Below are positions 41,353 through 52,278 of a DNA stretch of 64,000 nt, in pieces. How positions within the stretch are numbered: the first letter of the stretch is position 1; every line of letters starts with the position of its first letter. This stretch comes from a virus. Lineage: Duplodnaviria > Heunggongvirae > Uroviricota > Caudoviricetes. Both the position numbers and the translations under genes were made by a program. The notes below the pieces were generated by a model. The model had not been told where the DNA came from, did not search any database, and saw nothing but the letters and a program-made list of their open reading frames with translations. Location: positions 958 through 64,957 of the IMG/VR virus record IMGVR_UViG_3300037882_002341. One strand, given 5' to 3'.

Positions 41353-43509
41353 ATGAGTCTTTCCGGGACACTTAAATCCTTTCTAGAAGAAAGCTTTCCA
41401 AAGAAGCCCGAACCACCTCGCGTTAGAGCGGAGGCCAGGTCTCCTATCATCTTGGCTCCGGACTTCCGCTTAACAGCCCCTGGCGCCAGAGCGCCAGAAT
41501 CTATTGAGGAAGCTGTTAAAGAAAAGGGTAGAGCCCCCTTATCGGTACTCACATTCCAAAGAGGCAACCTACAACCAAGAGGTAATCCCGGTGATGGTCA
41601 AGGCCTCATGTATGAAGAGTCTCATTACGATCTGGTAGAGCTCGCCAGGGCACGAGACACCGAGTCTCTTATAAATACCTCGTGTGAAAGACACGTAGAG
41701 ACAGCGCTACAACAAGGATTCCATTGGCAAGGCTCAAATGAAGAGATCGTTAATTATGTAAAAGAACGCACACTGCAGATAAGCGTTATTTCAAGAATAA
41801 CCCTGCGCAAGATTCTCGAACAGATCCTTGATCAATTAGCGACATATGGTACGGCTTTTATGGTTGTTCGCAGAGATAAAGAAAGATCCTCTGGCAGAGC
41901 AATAAGAATGTTCGGTAGAGATCTAGAGCCTATCTCTTCTTGGTCTGTCCCAGATACCTCAACCATGAAAATGGCCGAGAATAAAAGCGGTAATATTATT
42001 GGTTGGAAACAAGAGATAAGAGAATCCGGCATCCTTTCTGGTGGTACATCGAAGACAAAATTCTATTTTCCACAAGATGTTTTTCTCTTCACAAGACACA
42101 AACAGCCCGGTCGTGTATTTGGAAGATCTATGTATCTGGCATCTTTAGATGATGCAATTATGCTTAGATCTCTTGAAGACTTGGTCTACATAATATCTCA
42201 AAAACACGCCTTCCCTATATTTCAATATATCGTAGGAACTCCAGAAAGACCAGCCACAGATGTTACTCTGCCAAATGGTCAGCTCATTTCTGAGGTTGAG
42301 CTTGCCCAGGCGGTGGTAGAGAACATGCCTGTTGAAGGTGGCTTCGTTACACCTGAGCGTCATGAGATCAAATTGATTGGCACCGAGGGTAAGGTTCTTG
42401 ACCTCACCTCGTACATTGAACACTTTCGCCAACGCGTACAAGACTCCACAAGAATGTCCAATGCGGCCCTGGGTACGGGAAAGGGCGAGCAGTCCAAGTC
42501 TACAGCGCAGTCTCAAATACAAAATCTTGTTGATTCATCCAAGTATCTCCAGGATGTTGTTATTGACGGCATGTCGTGGTTTGTCATGATGATAATTGCC
42601 GAAGGTGGCTTCGAGATAAACGAAGAAAACGAAGTGAAACTAGACTTTAGTTCTCCGGACACGGAAGAGAACCGTGCCAGAGAGAATCATGTCACAGCCC
42701 AGCTGCAGGCTGATCTTGTTACCTTCAAAGAAGCCAGACACGCTCTTGGTAGGAAGGAGTTCTCAGAAGAGGAGAAGTCCGACACATTCTCTGAAAAGAA
42801 TCACGCTAGAGATCTTAATCTTGCAAGAACAGCAGCCGCCGCTAAGGCTGCCAACTCCGCCAGCTCTAGTAGTTCTTCTTCGGCAAACTCCACACTGAGC
42901 ACAACAAGACCCACTAACCAGAGTGGAACCAAAGCCACAAAAACAAAAGTTCGTAAGAACGACTATCTATCCGAGATAGAAAAATTGTGGACAGATGCAA
43001 AAAATGCATCTCTTAAACATGAACCAATTAAGACAGAAAAATACCTGGGGTACAACAGGATAACCTCTGAGGCCATTGATAAGATGGGAGAGCTGGCCAA
43101 GAAATTCTTGGGGACCGGCATAGAAGAGGGCATTGCCGAAGCAAGAATAAAGAGTAAGAATGGATATGCTTTTGTTACCCTAAACCAGAGAAAAGCTATA
43201 TTCCACGCTTGCAGACAAGCATTCAAAAAGCACATGTCAGATACTGTTGGTACGGGATTTAAAGACGGTAATAAAGTATGGATTAATGCCGCATTTACAT
43301 CTGGTAAAAGGAAGCTGGATGAGATAGCAGAGTCTCAAATAGGATTTGTTTTCAGAGCGGGATTAATAGCAGCCCTGAGTAATACGGGTATAGATAAAAT
43401 CAAAGTCACCGACAATCAAACAGGTCAATCTGTTATAATTGATTGCTTAGACTACTCTAGCAGTATTGTTCAACTTATGTCAGAAGAACACACTATCGAG
43501 GTAGCGTAA
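41353..43509 (+). CDS. portal protein
   Basis: Position and size; YGTAF..V.R, W.Q, FGRS...LDD, P.FQY.VG portal-like motifs. Confidence 0.85.
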   Translation: MSLSGTLKSFLEESFPKKPEPPRVRAEARSPIILAPDFRLTAPGARAPESIEEAVKEKGRAPLSVLTFQRGNLQPRGNPGDGQGLMYEESHYDLVELARARDTESLINTSCERHVETALQQGFHWQGSNEEIVNYVKERTLQISVISRITLRKILEQILDQLATYGTAFMVVRRDKERSSGRAIRMFGRDLEPISSWSVPDTSTMKMAENKSGNIIGWKQEIRESGILSGGTSKTKFYFPQDVFLFTRHKQPGRVFGRSMYLASLDDAIMLRSLEDLVYIISQKHAFPIFQYIVGTPERPATDVTLPNGQLISEVELAQAVVENMPVEGGFVTPERHEIKLIGTEGKVLDLTSYIEHFRQRVQDSTRMSNAALGTGKGEQSKSTAQSQIQNLVDSSKYLQDVVIDGMSWFVMMIIAEGGFEINEENEVKLDFSSPDTEENRARENHVTAQLQADLVTFKEARHALGRKEFSEEEKSDTFSEKNHARDLNLARTAAAAKAANSASSSSSSSANSTLSTTRPTNQSGTKATKTKVRKNDYLSEIEKLWTDAKNASLKHEPIKTEKYLGYNRITSEAIDKMGELAKKFLGTGIEEGIAEARIKSKNGYAFVTLNQRKAIFHACRQAFKKHMSDTVGTGFKDGNKVWINAAFTSGKRKLDEIAESQIGFVFRAGLIAALSNTGIDKIKVTDNQTGQSVIIDCLDYSSSIVQLMSEEHTIEVA

Positions 43510-45536
43510 TGAGATTGTCCTGGTGTGATACTACTACATTCAAACCTATTATATCGGATTCGGGGCGTTCTTTCCTCGATGATGCTATAAAGTCGATAGA
43601 CAACAAGGTATTCCTCGAGACCAAGATCAGAGCCACACATTCTGGCCATCTTATAACAGGTCGTTGCTATACCGGTTGGGGTATGCGAGGTGGTTGTCCA
43701 ACCTGGTTTGACATGATAAATGGTGGCAAAGCTGGCTTCAATAAGCCAGTATTGATAGATCATGACCTTAGCAGCGAACCCCTTGGTCGAGTTGTTTATG
43801 CCGAGTTTACTCAATTAAAGACAGGTCAAGATTGGTTAAGCGACTGGAAAAATCCAGAAGAGGGTCCCGGTAAAATGGGTAGTGGTTATATAACAACCAC
43901 CTCACACATTTTCAATCCCGAGGCAATGGTCATGATCGCAGACGGTCGCTACTCGACCGTCTCTACTCGTCAAGAAGCCAAGGATGCCTGGTGTAGTGTA
44001 TGTGGTACCCAATTCGAAGATGGATGCGAGCATGAAATTGAATCTGTATACGATGGAGTTCCCTGTTACGCAGTAACAGGGCTTCTTGACTATATAGAAC
44101 AATCTTTTGTAAATTCACCCCGTCAACCCAATGCCAAAGTGATGTCTTTCAAACAAATGAAGGATGCTCTTATGGACAAGGACGTTAACGGTACTGTCCT
44201 TGTTGGAGATTGCAGATACGAAGGGGCCGTTGATTCTTGGACAGCTCTAAAAAGTCTTGAGGACCTTGGTATAACCATTAATCTAGCGGACACCACCTTG
44301 CCATCGATTGGCACTGTTACAGGAAAGACTCAGGTATCTATGACTAATAAAAAGAAAGAAGTTATTCTTGATGGTTTTGATAAGGCCAAAGCAGAGGCAG
44401 AAGCCCAACCCGATACGATAATCGAGGATAATTTTTATTTCATCTTTGCCAATCTGTGTCGTTTCTGGAAAGACTCTCTTGATCTTAAAGAACCACTCAC
44501 AGATAGTTCGTATGTTATGGGTATAACAGACAAGTCTTCTGGTCACGCTCACGTATTTGACTCATTCCTTGATACCAAGAATAAAGTGTTTCGCGGCAAT
44601 ACCTATGGTTCGGGACAGGGGAAGACAACCGAATCCCATGGCCACGCTATATGGTTAGAGGGTATTGATCTCAATCAAGAGATTAAGGGCGAGACCAGAA
44701 GTGCAAGTGCGGGACCAGATCATACACATACTTTCGTTGCAACAATGTGCGACGCCAAGAAATTGCATGGTACACTTATATCTGATGTTGATACTATTCA
44801 GAAGGCCATCAAGGCTCTTGATGACAGGGTTAACAAGGACACCCTACAATCGGGAGACAAAGATAGACTTCTAGATGGTAAAAACACCAAGATAGTTTGG
44901 GATGATGTTCATTTTACTGCTGCAATGCGTTTAATGGGACGTCTCAGTCTAACCAAGCGACAAGAGGTTGTGGAAGATCTTATAGCCACAGGCTTCTTAA
45001 AGACAGACGAAGAGGAACCTAATATGGAAAAATCGACTGTAGATAAGCTCCTGGTTGATCTGCTTGCAGATAAGACCAAGCTTACTGCGCAGCTTGCAGA
45101 TGCCATTCAGCTTGCAGACTCAAAAGAGGCTGAAAGACAGAAGCTACTCGATGAGAATGTCGGTCTAAAGACCTCCATTCTTAACACCAAGGCAACCCTC
45201 ATCGTAAATGCCAGAGTCAAATTGTCTGGTGAGCCACTTGAAGATGCTGCTCGTAAGACCACCATCCAAGAACTCGCCACGAAAGACGAAACGACTCTTG
45301 ACACAATGCTTGACACTGAGGTAATCGCCAATATCCGCAAGGAATATGTTGCACCGGTTGTAGAGACCGTTGTGGCAGACAATAGTAAAAAGGAACTAAT
45401 CACAGGAGAATCAGCTCCCCCATTCAATGACTCTGATAATAGTAAGACTGGTGCAGTAACTCCTCCCAGTCCGCCAAAAAGCTTTGCCTCTCTCGACAAG
45501 AGAATAACCCAAAAAGCTACTCGCCAGAGAGCTTAA
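43509..45536 (+). CDS. prohead protease/scaffold fusion
   Basis: PVLIDHD..PLGRV, DGRYSTVS, CSVC, EQSFVN.P; coiled-coil C-terminus. Confidence 0.8.
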   Translation: MRLSWCDTTTFKPIISDSGRSFLDDAIKSIDNKVFLETKIRATHSGHLITGRCYTGWGMRGGCPTWFDMINGGKAGFNKPVLIDHDLSSEPLGRVVYAEFTQLKTGQDWLSDWKNPEEGPGKMGSGYITTTSHIFNPEAMVMIADGRYSTVSTRQEAKDAWCSVCGTQFEDGCEHEIESVYDGVPCYAVTGLLDYIEQSFVNSPRQPNAKVMSFKQMKDALMDKDVNGTVLVGDCRYEGAVDSWTALKSLEDLGITINLADTTLPSIGTVTGKTQVSMTNKKKEVILDGFDKAKAEAEAQPDTIIEDNFYFIFANLCRFWKDSLDLKEPLTDSSYVMGITDKSSGHAHVFDSFLDTKNKVFRGNTYGSGQGKTTESHGHAIWLEGIDLNQEIKGETRSASAGPDHTHTFVATMCDAKKLHGTLISDVDTIQKAIKALDDRVNKDTLQSGDKDRLLDGKNTKIVWDDVHFTAAMRLMGRLSLTKRQEVVEDLIATGFLKTDEEEPNMEKSTVDKLLVDLLADKTKLTAQLADAIQLADSKEAERQKLLDENVGLKTSILNTKATLIVNARVKLSGEPLEDAARKTTIQELATKDETTLDTMLDTEVIANIRKEYVAPVVETVVADNSKKELITGESAPPFNDSDNSKTGAVTPPSPPKSFASLDKRITQKATRQRA

Positions 45537-45556
45537 GAACTTTACGGAGATAAAAT

Positions 45557-46522
45557 ATGGTTGACTTCCGCACGCCACGTGGCTACCAGAAGGTTGACTG
45601 GCCTTTCCAGACCAGATTCACTGACGGTACGACTCCTTCGTACTTTGTCAAACCGGCTATATTCTTGCCGGTCTGGGCTGTAGACAAGGTTCAGGATGAC
45701 CCCGTGGTAATCCCACCTGGTACTTTCATTGGCCGTCTCAATGCTACAGATCATTCTGACCTGTACGCACTTGACCCTGCATTCGTGGGTAATGATGACC
45801 TAGCACCAGCTAGTCCTATTGCCTACATAATCACATATGGTTCAAATGACCTTGCTGATGCAGTTGACACAGGTTCTGGTACACCAGACATCGATGTTGA
45901 CTCAACAACCTACGTAGCGGCAGCAGGAGATGCCACGGAGACGGTTAACCCCGTTAAGCCTTGTGGTATGGCCTTCAGACCTTACTATGCGGGTTGGATC
46001 AAGTCACGTTATGAGAACTACGACCCTCACCTTCTACAGACCTGGATCTCGGGTAATCACATTGTCCGAATCCCTGCTATGACCGCCGGAGAATTCGACG
46101 TTCAGCCAGGCGATCTGGTACAGCTGAACGATGGTGCAGGTCAAAAGTGGAACCCTGGTGCACTTCTAACCAGTCTACCGGGACGTGTCGAACCATACGA
46201 TGGCACATACAACGTTGAATTCATAGTTGGACGTTGTGTTAACAAGCATCGTATCGCACGTCAGGCCGCTTATTCCTCTGGTCAAAAGCTTCTAACAGCC
46301 ATAGGAACAGCAGCTCCTCGTACCCTTACCAATATCAACACAACAACCACCTATCTATGGCCAACAGGCGAGAACTATCAGGTTCAGTCTAAGGTAGAAG
46401 GTGTTCCCGGCATGCAGTTGTCTGCAACATCGGCAACGCTAGGTCGTCCATCTGAATTGCTCTGGGCTATGCCAGACACGAATGGCGATTACTGGGCTTT
46501 GGACATCCTTCTCAGGGTCTAA
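45557..46522 (+). CDS. putative head decoration/minor capsid protein
   Basis: Between protease and major capsid; beta-rich; GGAG RBS. Confidence 0.65.
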   Translation: MVDFRTPRGYQKVDWPFQTRFTDGTTPSYFVKPAIFLPVWAVDKVQDDPVVIPPGTFIGRLNATDHSDLYALDPAFVGNDDLAPASPIAYIITYGSNDLADAVDTGSGTPDIDVDSTTYVAAAGDATETVNPVKPCGMAFRPYYAGWIKSRYENYDPHLLQTWISGNHIVRIPAMTAGEFDVQPGDLVQLNDGAGQKWNPGALLTSLPGRVEPYDGTYNVEFIVGRCVNKHRIARQAAYSSGQKLLTAIGTAAPRTLTNINTTTTYLWPTGENYQVQSKVEGVPGMQLSATSATLGRPSELLWAMPDTNGDYWALDILLRV

Positions 46523-46549
46523 CCCAGAAAGATATAGGAGCAATTAAAC

Positions 46550-47965
46550 ATGGATAAGAACAAAACCTTTGTTGACGAAGCCCTTGTATCAGAGGTATTC
46601 GCCAGCGAAAAGAAAGAACAGGCAATGGCTTTGTTCGATGGTGTGGGTGATAGTGTAACAGCTATCGCTACCGAAGCTGTCGATAGAGCTATGATAGATA
46701 ATGGAATCTTCCGCCGTGCGGTTCCAGCTAATAAGGGAACTCGTCTTGTCAGAGAGCTTAAGTCGATCTTTGACAACAACGGTATTGATCCTCGTACTGG
46801 AGAGAAGTGGTCGATCGCCGATTTCCAGAACGTAGACAAAGAACTCTTTGATGCAATTAAGACCAACAAGGCAAACCCAAGAGACTATGCTGACCTTCAG
46901 ATGTCTGGAGATCAACCTCTTCTTATGCCACGTGTGGTCTCTCAGACCGTCAGAGAGGCTCTTGAGCCAGCTCTACTTCTAACTCCTCTTCTTCAGAGAA
47001 TTAACTTCAGCAACGGAACAACCATTACGTTCCCTGCAATTTCTTCGATGATGGCTGGGGATCTAAGAATCGCAGAGCGTGGTGAGTATCCAGAGGGCAA
47101 GCTACAGTTCGCAGGACAGATCACTGCATCGATTGGTAAGCATGGTATCAAGGTCTCCATGACCGAAGAGGCCATCAAGTACTCAATCATGGATATCTGG
47201 GCCATGAACTTGCGTGCCGCTGGACGCGCTCTTGCTAAGCACAAGGAACAACAGGTTGTTGATCAGATCTTTGGTCAGGGCCAAATCTACTTTGACAACA
47301 GCACCATCTCTGGTCGTAAGACCACAGGCCGCGATATGACAGGTGCCTTCAATGGTACCTTCACACAGGACGACCTGTTTGAGATGTGGGCTGACCTGGT
47401 CAAGGACGGCTTCGTTCCAGACACCATTATGATGCATCCTTTCGCGTGGCCTATCTTCGCACGCGATCCAGTTCTACGTAACCTTGCGTACATCAATGGT
47501 GGCGGACCTGTAATCAGCAATGGTTACCAGGGTAAGCCAGGCAGTGCTCCTTCTCAGTGGGATCTCGGTGGTCTTAACCAGCAGAGGAATCTGACAGAGC
47601 CAGCCAACCAGGCTACTACTTTCAGCCCTGTGCCAGGTACTTTCCCATTCGGCCAGATCCGTATGATCATCACTCCTTTCGTTAACTATGACACCACATC
47701 TAACTTCACGGATATCTGGATCTTCGATAGCCGCGATCTAGGTGTGATGGTTGTGGACGAGGACGTAATGACAGAAGAGTGGAAGGATCCAGAGCACGAT
47801 ATACGTAGCATTAAGCTGCGTGAACGTTATGCTCTCGCCAATGCCAACAACGGCAGAAGCATCCGTAGAGCTAAGAACGTTGTTGTTACTAAGTCTTACG
47901 ACTTCAGTCTCAGCACCCTATCTGCTCAGATAACACTTGACACATCAGAAATCATAATTAGCTAA
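46550..47965 (+). CDS. major capsid protein (HK97 fold)
   Basis: LMPRVV...EA.EP, I.E.GEYP, K.G.....TEE, PDTIMMHP, ERY; biased codon usage. Confidence 0.9.
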   Translation: MDKNKTFVDEALVSEVFASEKKEQAMALFDGVGDSVTAIATEAVDRAMIDNGIFRRAVPANKGTRLVRELKSIFDNNGIDPRTGEKWSIADFQNVDKELFDAIKTNKANPRDYADLQMSGDQPLLMPRVVSQTVREALEPALLLTPLLQRINFSNGTTITFPAISSMMAGDLRIAERGEYPEGKLQFAGQITASIGKHGIKVSMTEEAIKYSIMDIWAMNLRAAGRALAKHKEQQVVDQIFGQGQIYFDNSTISGRKTTGRDMTGAFNGTFTQDDLFEMWADLVKDGFVPDTIMMHPFAWPIFARDPVLRNLAYINGGGPVISNGYQGKPGSAPSQWDLGGLNQQRNLTEPANQATTFSPVPGTFPFGQIRMIITPFVNYDTTSNFTDIWIFDSRDLGVMVVDEDVMTEEWKDPEHDIRSIKLRERYALANANNGRSIRRAKNVVVTKSYDFSLSTLSAQITLDTSEIIIS

Positions 47966-47995
47966 ACTAATTAGAATAATCTGTTGTTGACGACA

Positions 47996-48035
47996 GGGCC
48001 ATGTTTAGGATAGACTAATATCCTGGCGTGGCCCT
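47996..48035 (+). terminator. hairpin after major capsid gene (terminator or mRNA stabiliser)
   Basis: AGGGCCATG...CGTGGCCCT imperfect stem; weak U-tail. Confidence 0.45.
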
Positions 48036-48059
48036 AACCCTTTAATCCAGGAGATTAAA

Positions 48060-48710
48060 ATGAATCCAAGCCTTGTAGGTAGGTCTTTGAACAGCACACT
48101 TGATATCTCAGACACCTTTAATCCTAATCTGCTTCGTGGGAAGATGGTTTCACTGAACCTTAAGTCATGTAAATGGTTTCTTCCACCATCCCAAGATCCC
48201 CGTCTAAGCCTTAACACAGAAGAGCCCTCTGTTAAAATCCCAGAGACTGCTTCTCCAGCCGATCTCGAATGCATCTATCTAAAGATGAAAGCAGGACATA
48301 TTGTCCTGGGAGCTATCCCCGTCCCCGAGCATACCAAGGTCCAAGACGTGCTCCAGGCCCACTTAAACATGGTCAAGCAACAGTTCCCTGAACCGGTTGT
48401 GCTCGATCATATTAAGGCCATTGTTGGTGGAGTAAATCTCGATGGAGGTTATAGTAAGATCGAGATACTTGAGGCCCTATTGGAAGCCGAGGAAGTTAAC
48501 CCTGTAACACGCAAGGGTGGCAGAAATAGGCCGAAGGTCATAAATCTTATTAGAGAGGCTATAACATACGTAGAAGAAGTCTATGGTGGCCACTCCAGAG
48601 TTAAGAGAGAAGACTTTGTACCATCAAACGATGGCTCCTCTCTGCGTGAATATCCCTCCGCAAAAGTCACAGGGCCCAAAGCAAGATCTTTCCTTGGCTT
48701 AAAAGAATAA
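48060..48710 (+). CDS. hypothetical protein
   Basis: AGGAG RBS; 216 aa. Confidence 0.75.
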   Translation: MNPSLVGRSLNSTLDISDTFNPNLLRGKMVSLNLKSCKWFLPPSQDPRLSLNTEEPSVKIPETASPADLECIYLKMKAGHIVLGAIPVPEHTKVQDVLQAHLNMVKQQFPEPVVLDHIKAIVGGVNLDGGYSKIEILEALLEAEEVNPVTRKGGRNRPKVINLIREAITYVEEVYGGHSRVKREDFVPSNDGSSLREYPSAKVTGPKARSFLGLKE

Positions 48711-48733
48711 TCTTAAGCCAGACAAGGTAGTCC

Positions 48734-50152
48734 ATGGGTGTTCCAACCATTGCATCCACCAGTCCATCGACTGGTGAGAACAGTGTTTACAAGAACAAGA
48801 CTCTTACAGTAACGTTCTCAGAAACGTTACTGTCTTCTACGGTTAATGCGTCCACATTTATTCTTAAGAATCTGGACTCTAATCAAATTGTTCCCGTAGA
48901 TGTCACGTTACTAGCGGGCAGCCTATCTGTCGCAGTAACACCTATTCGACACCTTATAGGATCAACCTCCTATAGATTAACAATTGTGGGTGCCAACACT
49001 GCGGTTGGCACCCCTGTAAAGTCAGCTACCTCTGATAGCCTTGCGACCACTCTACTAATAACATTCAGTACTGGAGATGAGATTGAGGTTGTCGCGCCTC
49101 AAAAGACAGAAATAGAGAAAGTCCAAGAAGGTGAAATAACCCTTCCAGAGAACTGGAATATTACAGTAGAGACCAGTTCGCTCGAGATTGTCGCCACAGA
49201 TCCTGTTAATAGAGACTATGGAGTAGACCCAGGGCTAACAGAGATATCTGTTCTGTTTAGTGATGATCTATCTACCTCGTCTATTACAGACGAAACCTTC
49301 GTAGTGTCTATCGAACCATACTACGAAGAAGACGAACCGTACTTTGCGTATCCAGACACATCAGACGGATCCATGAACTTTAAGTGGCAAGAACCAACAG
49401 ATACCTCTGATGTGCCACTGGATTTCTCAGATCTTACTGGAACACTTTCTTCTTCTGGAAAGGTAGCTGTCTGGACAGTAGACCCAGACAGAGACTTCCC
49501 AAGAAACACCAAAGTAAGATTAACCCTAACAACAGGTATAGAATCTGTTGGTGGCATAGCGTTAAGCGGTAACTATGAAGTGGTCTTCTATATTAAGCAA
49601 TTTCCAAATGTAGTATCTGTTGATCGCATTAAAGATGAGTTTTATCCCTACAAACTCGCGGCGTGGACCGACGATATGATAGGTAAGACGATATATAAAA
49701 ACACACTAGATGCACTCAACATAATGCGATATGTCTATGATTTCAGAGAAAGAAATCGCATCCTATCTGAATATGTAGTGGCCTCAACAATCGTGGATGT
49801 TTTTAAGGGTCTTCGTATAGAAGAGGATCTCCTTGCTGGTCAGTTCAAGAAACTAGGAGATCTAGTTGTAAGATACGACGTAGGTATGTCTGGGTCTCTA
49901 CCTCCTAAAATGAAAGAGGCTATGAAGAAAGTAGAGGAACTCAAAGACATGTTAAGGGGTCGTTGGACCAAGGCGTCTATATCAACAGTTAAAGGAAGAG
50001 AACACCCAGAGCAAAAAACGATATGGAGAACAAGGCTTTGGCATCAAGATCTTGAATTTGCACTGGAAGGATATTACGCCGGATCTCAAGTGTCAGGAAA
50101 CGACAGAAACCAAAGGGCAACAAAGGTCCCAGGGGCCTTAGACAGGTGGTAA
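48734..50152 (+). CDS. Ig-like (Big_5/SbsA-type) domains fused to a putative head-tail adaptor
   Basis: Two TSP..G...V......V.FSE.L...T repeats; C-terminal KKLGDL.V.Y. Confidence 0.7.
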   Translation: MGVPTIASTSPSTGENSVYKNKTLTVTFSETLLSSTVNASTFILKNLDSNQIVPVDVTLLAGSLSVAVTPIRHLIGSTSYRLTIVGANTAVGTPVKSATSDSLATTLLITFSTGDEIEVVAPQKTEIEKVQEGEITLPENWNITVETSSLEIVATDPVNRDYGVDPGLTEISVLFSDDLSTSSITDETFVVSIEPYYEEDEPYFAYPDTSDGSMNFKWQEPTDTSDVPLDFSDLTGTLSSSGKVAVWTVDPDRDFPRNTKVRLTLTTGIESVGGIALSGNYEVVFYIKQFPNVVSVDRIKDEFYPYKLAAWTDDMIGKTIYKNTLDALNIMRYVYDFRERNRILSEYVVASTIVDVFKGLRIEEDLLAGQFKKLGDLVVRYDVGMSGSLPPKMKEAMKKVEELKDMLRGRWTKASISTVKGREHPEQKTIWRTRLWHQDLEFALEGYYAGSQVSGNDRNQRATKVPGALDRW

Positions 50153-50154
50153 CC

Positions 50155-50580
50155 ATGAAGAGACTCGTTTTAATAATAGCTATCCTTTTTTGCACCGGCT
50201 GCGCAACAAATGTTGGTCGTGCATTAAGTAGTGCCTTTCGGGGTACGCCAGAAGAGGTTGTAGCTGCGGTGCAATTTGTCGATCAGAAAATGGGCAGAGA
50301 GCTTCGTGAGAAGTACGACGCCGTAGAATCGTCAGATGTAACCAATCCGGATGGGTCTATTAACCATACCGCAGCCGAAAATAGATTTCGTGACATGGCC
50401 GACTACAACGCTGAGATAGAAAAATGGGAAGAGCTATCCCAGGGACTGGCAGATTATCTTGGTGTGTCGTTAGACGAGCCAAGTGACGCCTCAGAGAAGA
50501 GAGCAGACAAGAGACGTAGAGAACTGTGGAGTGGCCTTCTAAAGGGCGCCAAAGAGGTTATAGAGGGTCTGGAGGAATAA
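50155..50580 (+). CDS. lipoprotein
   Basis: MKRLVLIIAILFCTGC lipobox. Confidence 0.7.
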   Translation: MKRLVLIIAILFCTGCATNVGRALSSAFRGTPEEVVAAVQFVDQKMGRELREKYDAVESSDVTNPDGSINHTAAENRFRDMADYNAEIEKWEELSQGLADYLGVSLDEPSDASEKRADKRRRELWSGLLKGAKEVIEGLEE

Positions 50581-50581
50581 A

Positions 50582-50761
50582 ATGATGACTCCCACAGAAG
50601 TGGCATATCTCAAAGGACAAGCTATGCTTGTCGTTACCAATAATCCCTCTGTAACACCCGAGACAATAGCAAATCATCTCGGTATAACTATTGACGTTGC
50701 AGAGATGCTAGTTAGACAACTAATAAAAGAGAAAAGACTCAAGATGAATCCCAAGGTCTAA
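50582..50761 (+). CDS. small winged-helix-like protein (59 aa)
   Basis: GGAGG RBS; T...IA.HLGI....A..L...L pattern. Confidence 0.6.
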   Translation: MMTPTEVAYLKGQAMLVVTNNPSVTPETIANHLGITIDVAEMLVRQLIKEKRLKMNPKV

Positions 50762-50770
50762 GGAGTTTAC

Positions 50771-51034
50771 ATGTCAAAGATTAAACCTGGTTTTGTGTGG
50801 GACGCTTTGGGCCGTCGCTGGAAACCAGTTGACTACATGAACATGTCCTCAGATGAAATGCAAAGACGACGCGATGAAGCAGAGGACAGACTACTCGAGG
50901 TTGACTTTCAGGTCAGAGCCATATTGCCCGCAGCAGCTGCCCAGGCTCTATTGACAAAGGGATCCGAGGCCCTTATGGACACTCTGATTAAGCTAGCCAA
51001 GAAGGCGCCTGAGGCATTGCTTGGGGTTATATAA
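50771..51034 (+). CDS. hypothetical protein
   Basis: AAGGAG RBS. Confidence 0.7.
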   Translation: MSKIKPGFVWDALGRRWKPVDYMNMSSDEMQRRRDEAEDRLLEVDFQVRAILPAAAAQALLTKGSEALMDTLIKLAKKAPEALLGVI

Positions 51035-51649
51035 ATGCCCAATAATCCATTGCCGCCACCTAAGATCAAGAAGCCAGACAATAAGATAGACGCCAACGAA
51101 GCCAAGCTCATTGGCGCTTTCTTTGTAACGGTCGGAAACGAACTTAATGATGCCAATGCAGAATTAAGAACAGATGTTCTTAAGAGAGCAGACTCTGGTG
51201 TGCCAATAGATTACTATTGGATAGACGGAGCCGAAGCAGAATACAAACTTGCCATAGAAGTTGGTACCAACACAGAAGGTGGTGGTAAGAAAAGAGAGTC
51301 TGAGGTTGTGTTAAAAGCACAGTACAAAAGGACTTCCGTCAACAACCAACACGCACCACATAACGTTCTTTTCGGTGTAATCTCCCCAGCGGAGAGACAA
51401 AGACAAAACATTATAACCACTCTAAATGACGCCTTCCCGGCAAGCCCAGCAAGCCCGACATCCCCGATTTTCCATCTTGGAGGATCCAGGTTTTGGGTAG
51501 TGGTTGGTGGAACAGAGTTCTACGTGGTAGAATTAGGACCACCTAATCATACAATAAAGATTAAAGATCTTAATGAAATGAAAGAGAATTTAAAAGGTAT
51601 GTTCTTGTTCCTTGAAACCCAGCTCGCAGGCACTCACACAGGGAGTTAA
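51035..51649 (+). CDS. hypothetical protein
   Basis: 204 aa in operon. Confidence 0.75.
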   Translation: MPNNPLPPPKIKKPDNKIDANEAKLIGAFFVTVGNELNDANAELRTDVLKRADSGVPIDYYWIDGAEAEYKLAIEVGTNTEGGGKKRESEVVLKAQYKRTSVNNQHAPHNVLFGVISPAERQRQNIITTLNDAFPASPASPTSPIFHLGGSRFWVVVGGTEFYVVELGPPNHTIKIKDLNEMKENLKGMFLFLETQLAGTHTGS

Positions 51650-51651
51650 TC

Positions 51652-52263
51652 ATGGCTAAAAACTTTAAAGACGCACTTGGTTCTGTAGGACCAGCACTCT
51701 ACGAAATACTAGAGGCCATAGTGCAGACCAATGATCTTGCGGCCTCAGGCCAAATCAAGACATTCAAGGAACTCGTACAGCTATCCTTGAAGGCAAAAGA
51801 AGCTGGGGTTGACATGGACTTCTTCCTAACCCTGCTATCTTCTTTCAGGGTTGATCGTGCCGCTCTAGCTGGTGGAGAGATTGAAATGGCAGGTGCTGCT
51901 AGCACGGGACTAGAAACCCAAAAGGGTAACGCTCTGCATGTAGACTTCAATGCCGGAGGCTCTCTTGTTGGCTTTGAACTCGGCCTTAATGCTGGTTATC
52001 AACAGTCTGAGAGTAGAGCTAACTTCGAACGCTCTTCTCAGAACTTCAGGATACTTGCAAGGTGGCAAGTCGGCCCAGCCGAACTTGCCCCAGAGCTTAT
52101 GGCCAAGATGGTAGACTTTATCTCTGCCTCAACACCGGGCGCCGCAGTACCACCATTACCAGCAGAATTCCAGAGTCCTACCCTAGAAATGCTGCGTGAC
52201 ATGCTACCTCTTCTATCAAAGGTTTTGGGAGTAGATGATACCCCCGCTGGACCAGGACAGTAA
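51652..52263 (+). CDS. hypothetical protein
   Basis: 203 aa; GGAG RBS. Confidence 0.75.
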   Translation: MAKNFKDALGSVGPALYEILEAIVQTNDLAASGQIKTFKELVQLSLKAKEAGVDMDFFLTLLSSFRVDRAALAGGEIEMAGAASTGLETQKGNALHVDFNAGGSLVGFELGLNAGYQQSESRANFERSSQNFRILARWQVGPAELAPELMAKMVDFISASTPGAAVPPLPAEFQSPTLEMLRDMLPLLSKVLGVDDTPAGPGQ

Positions 52264-52278
52264 TATCGGTTTGATCCC

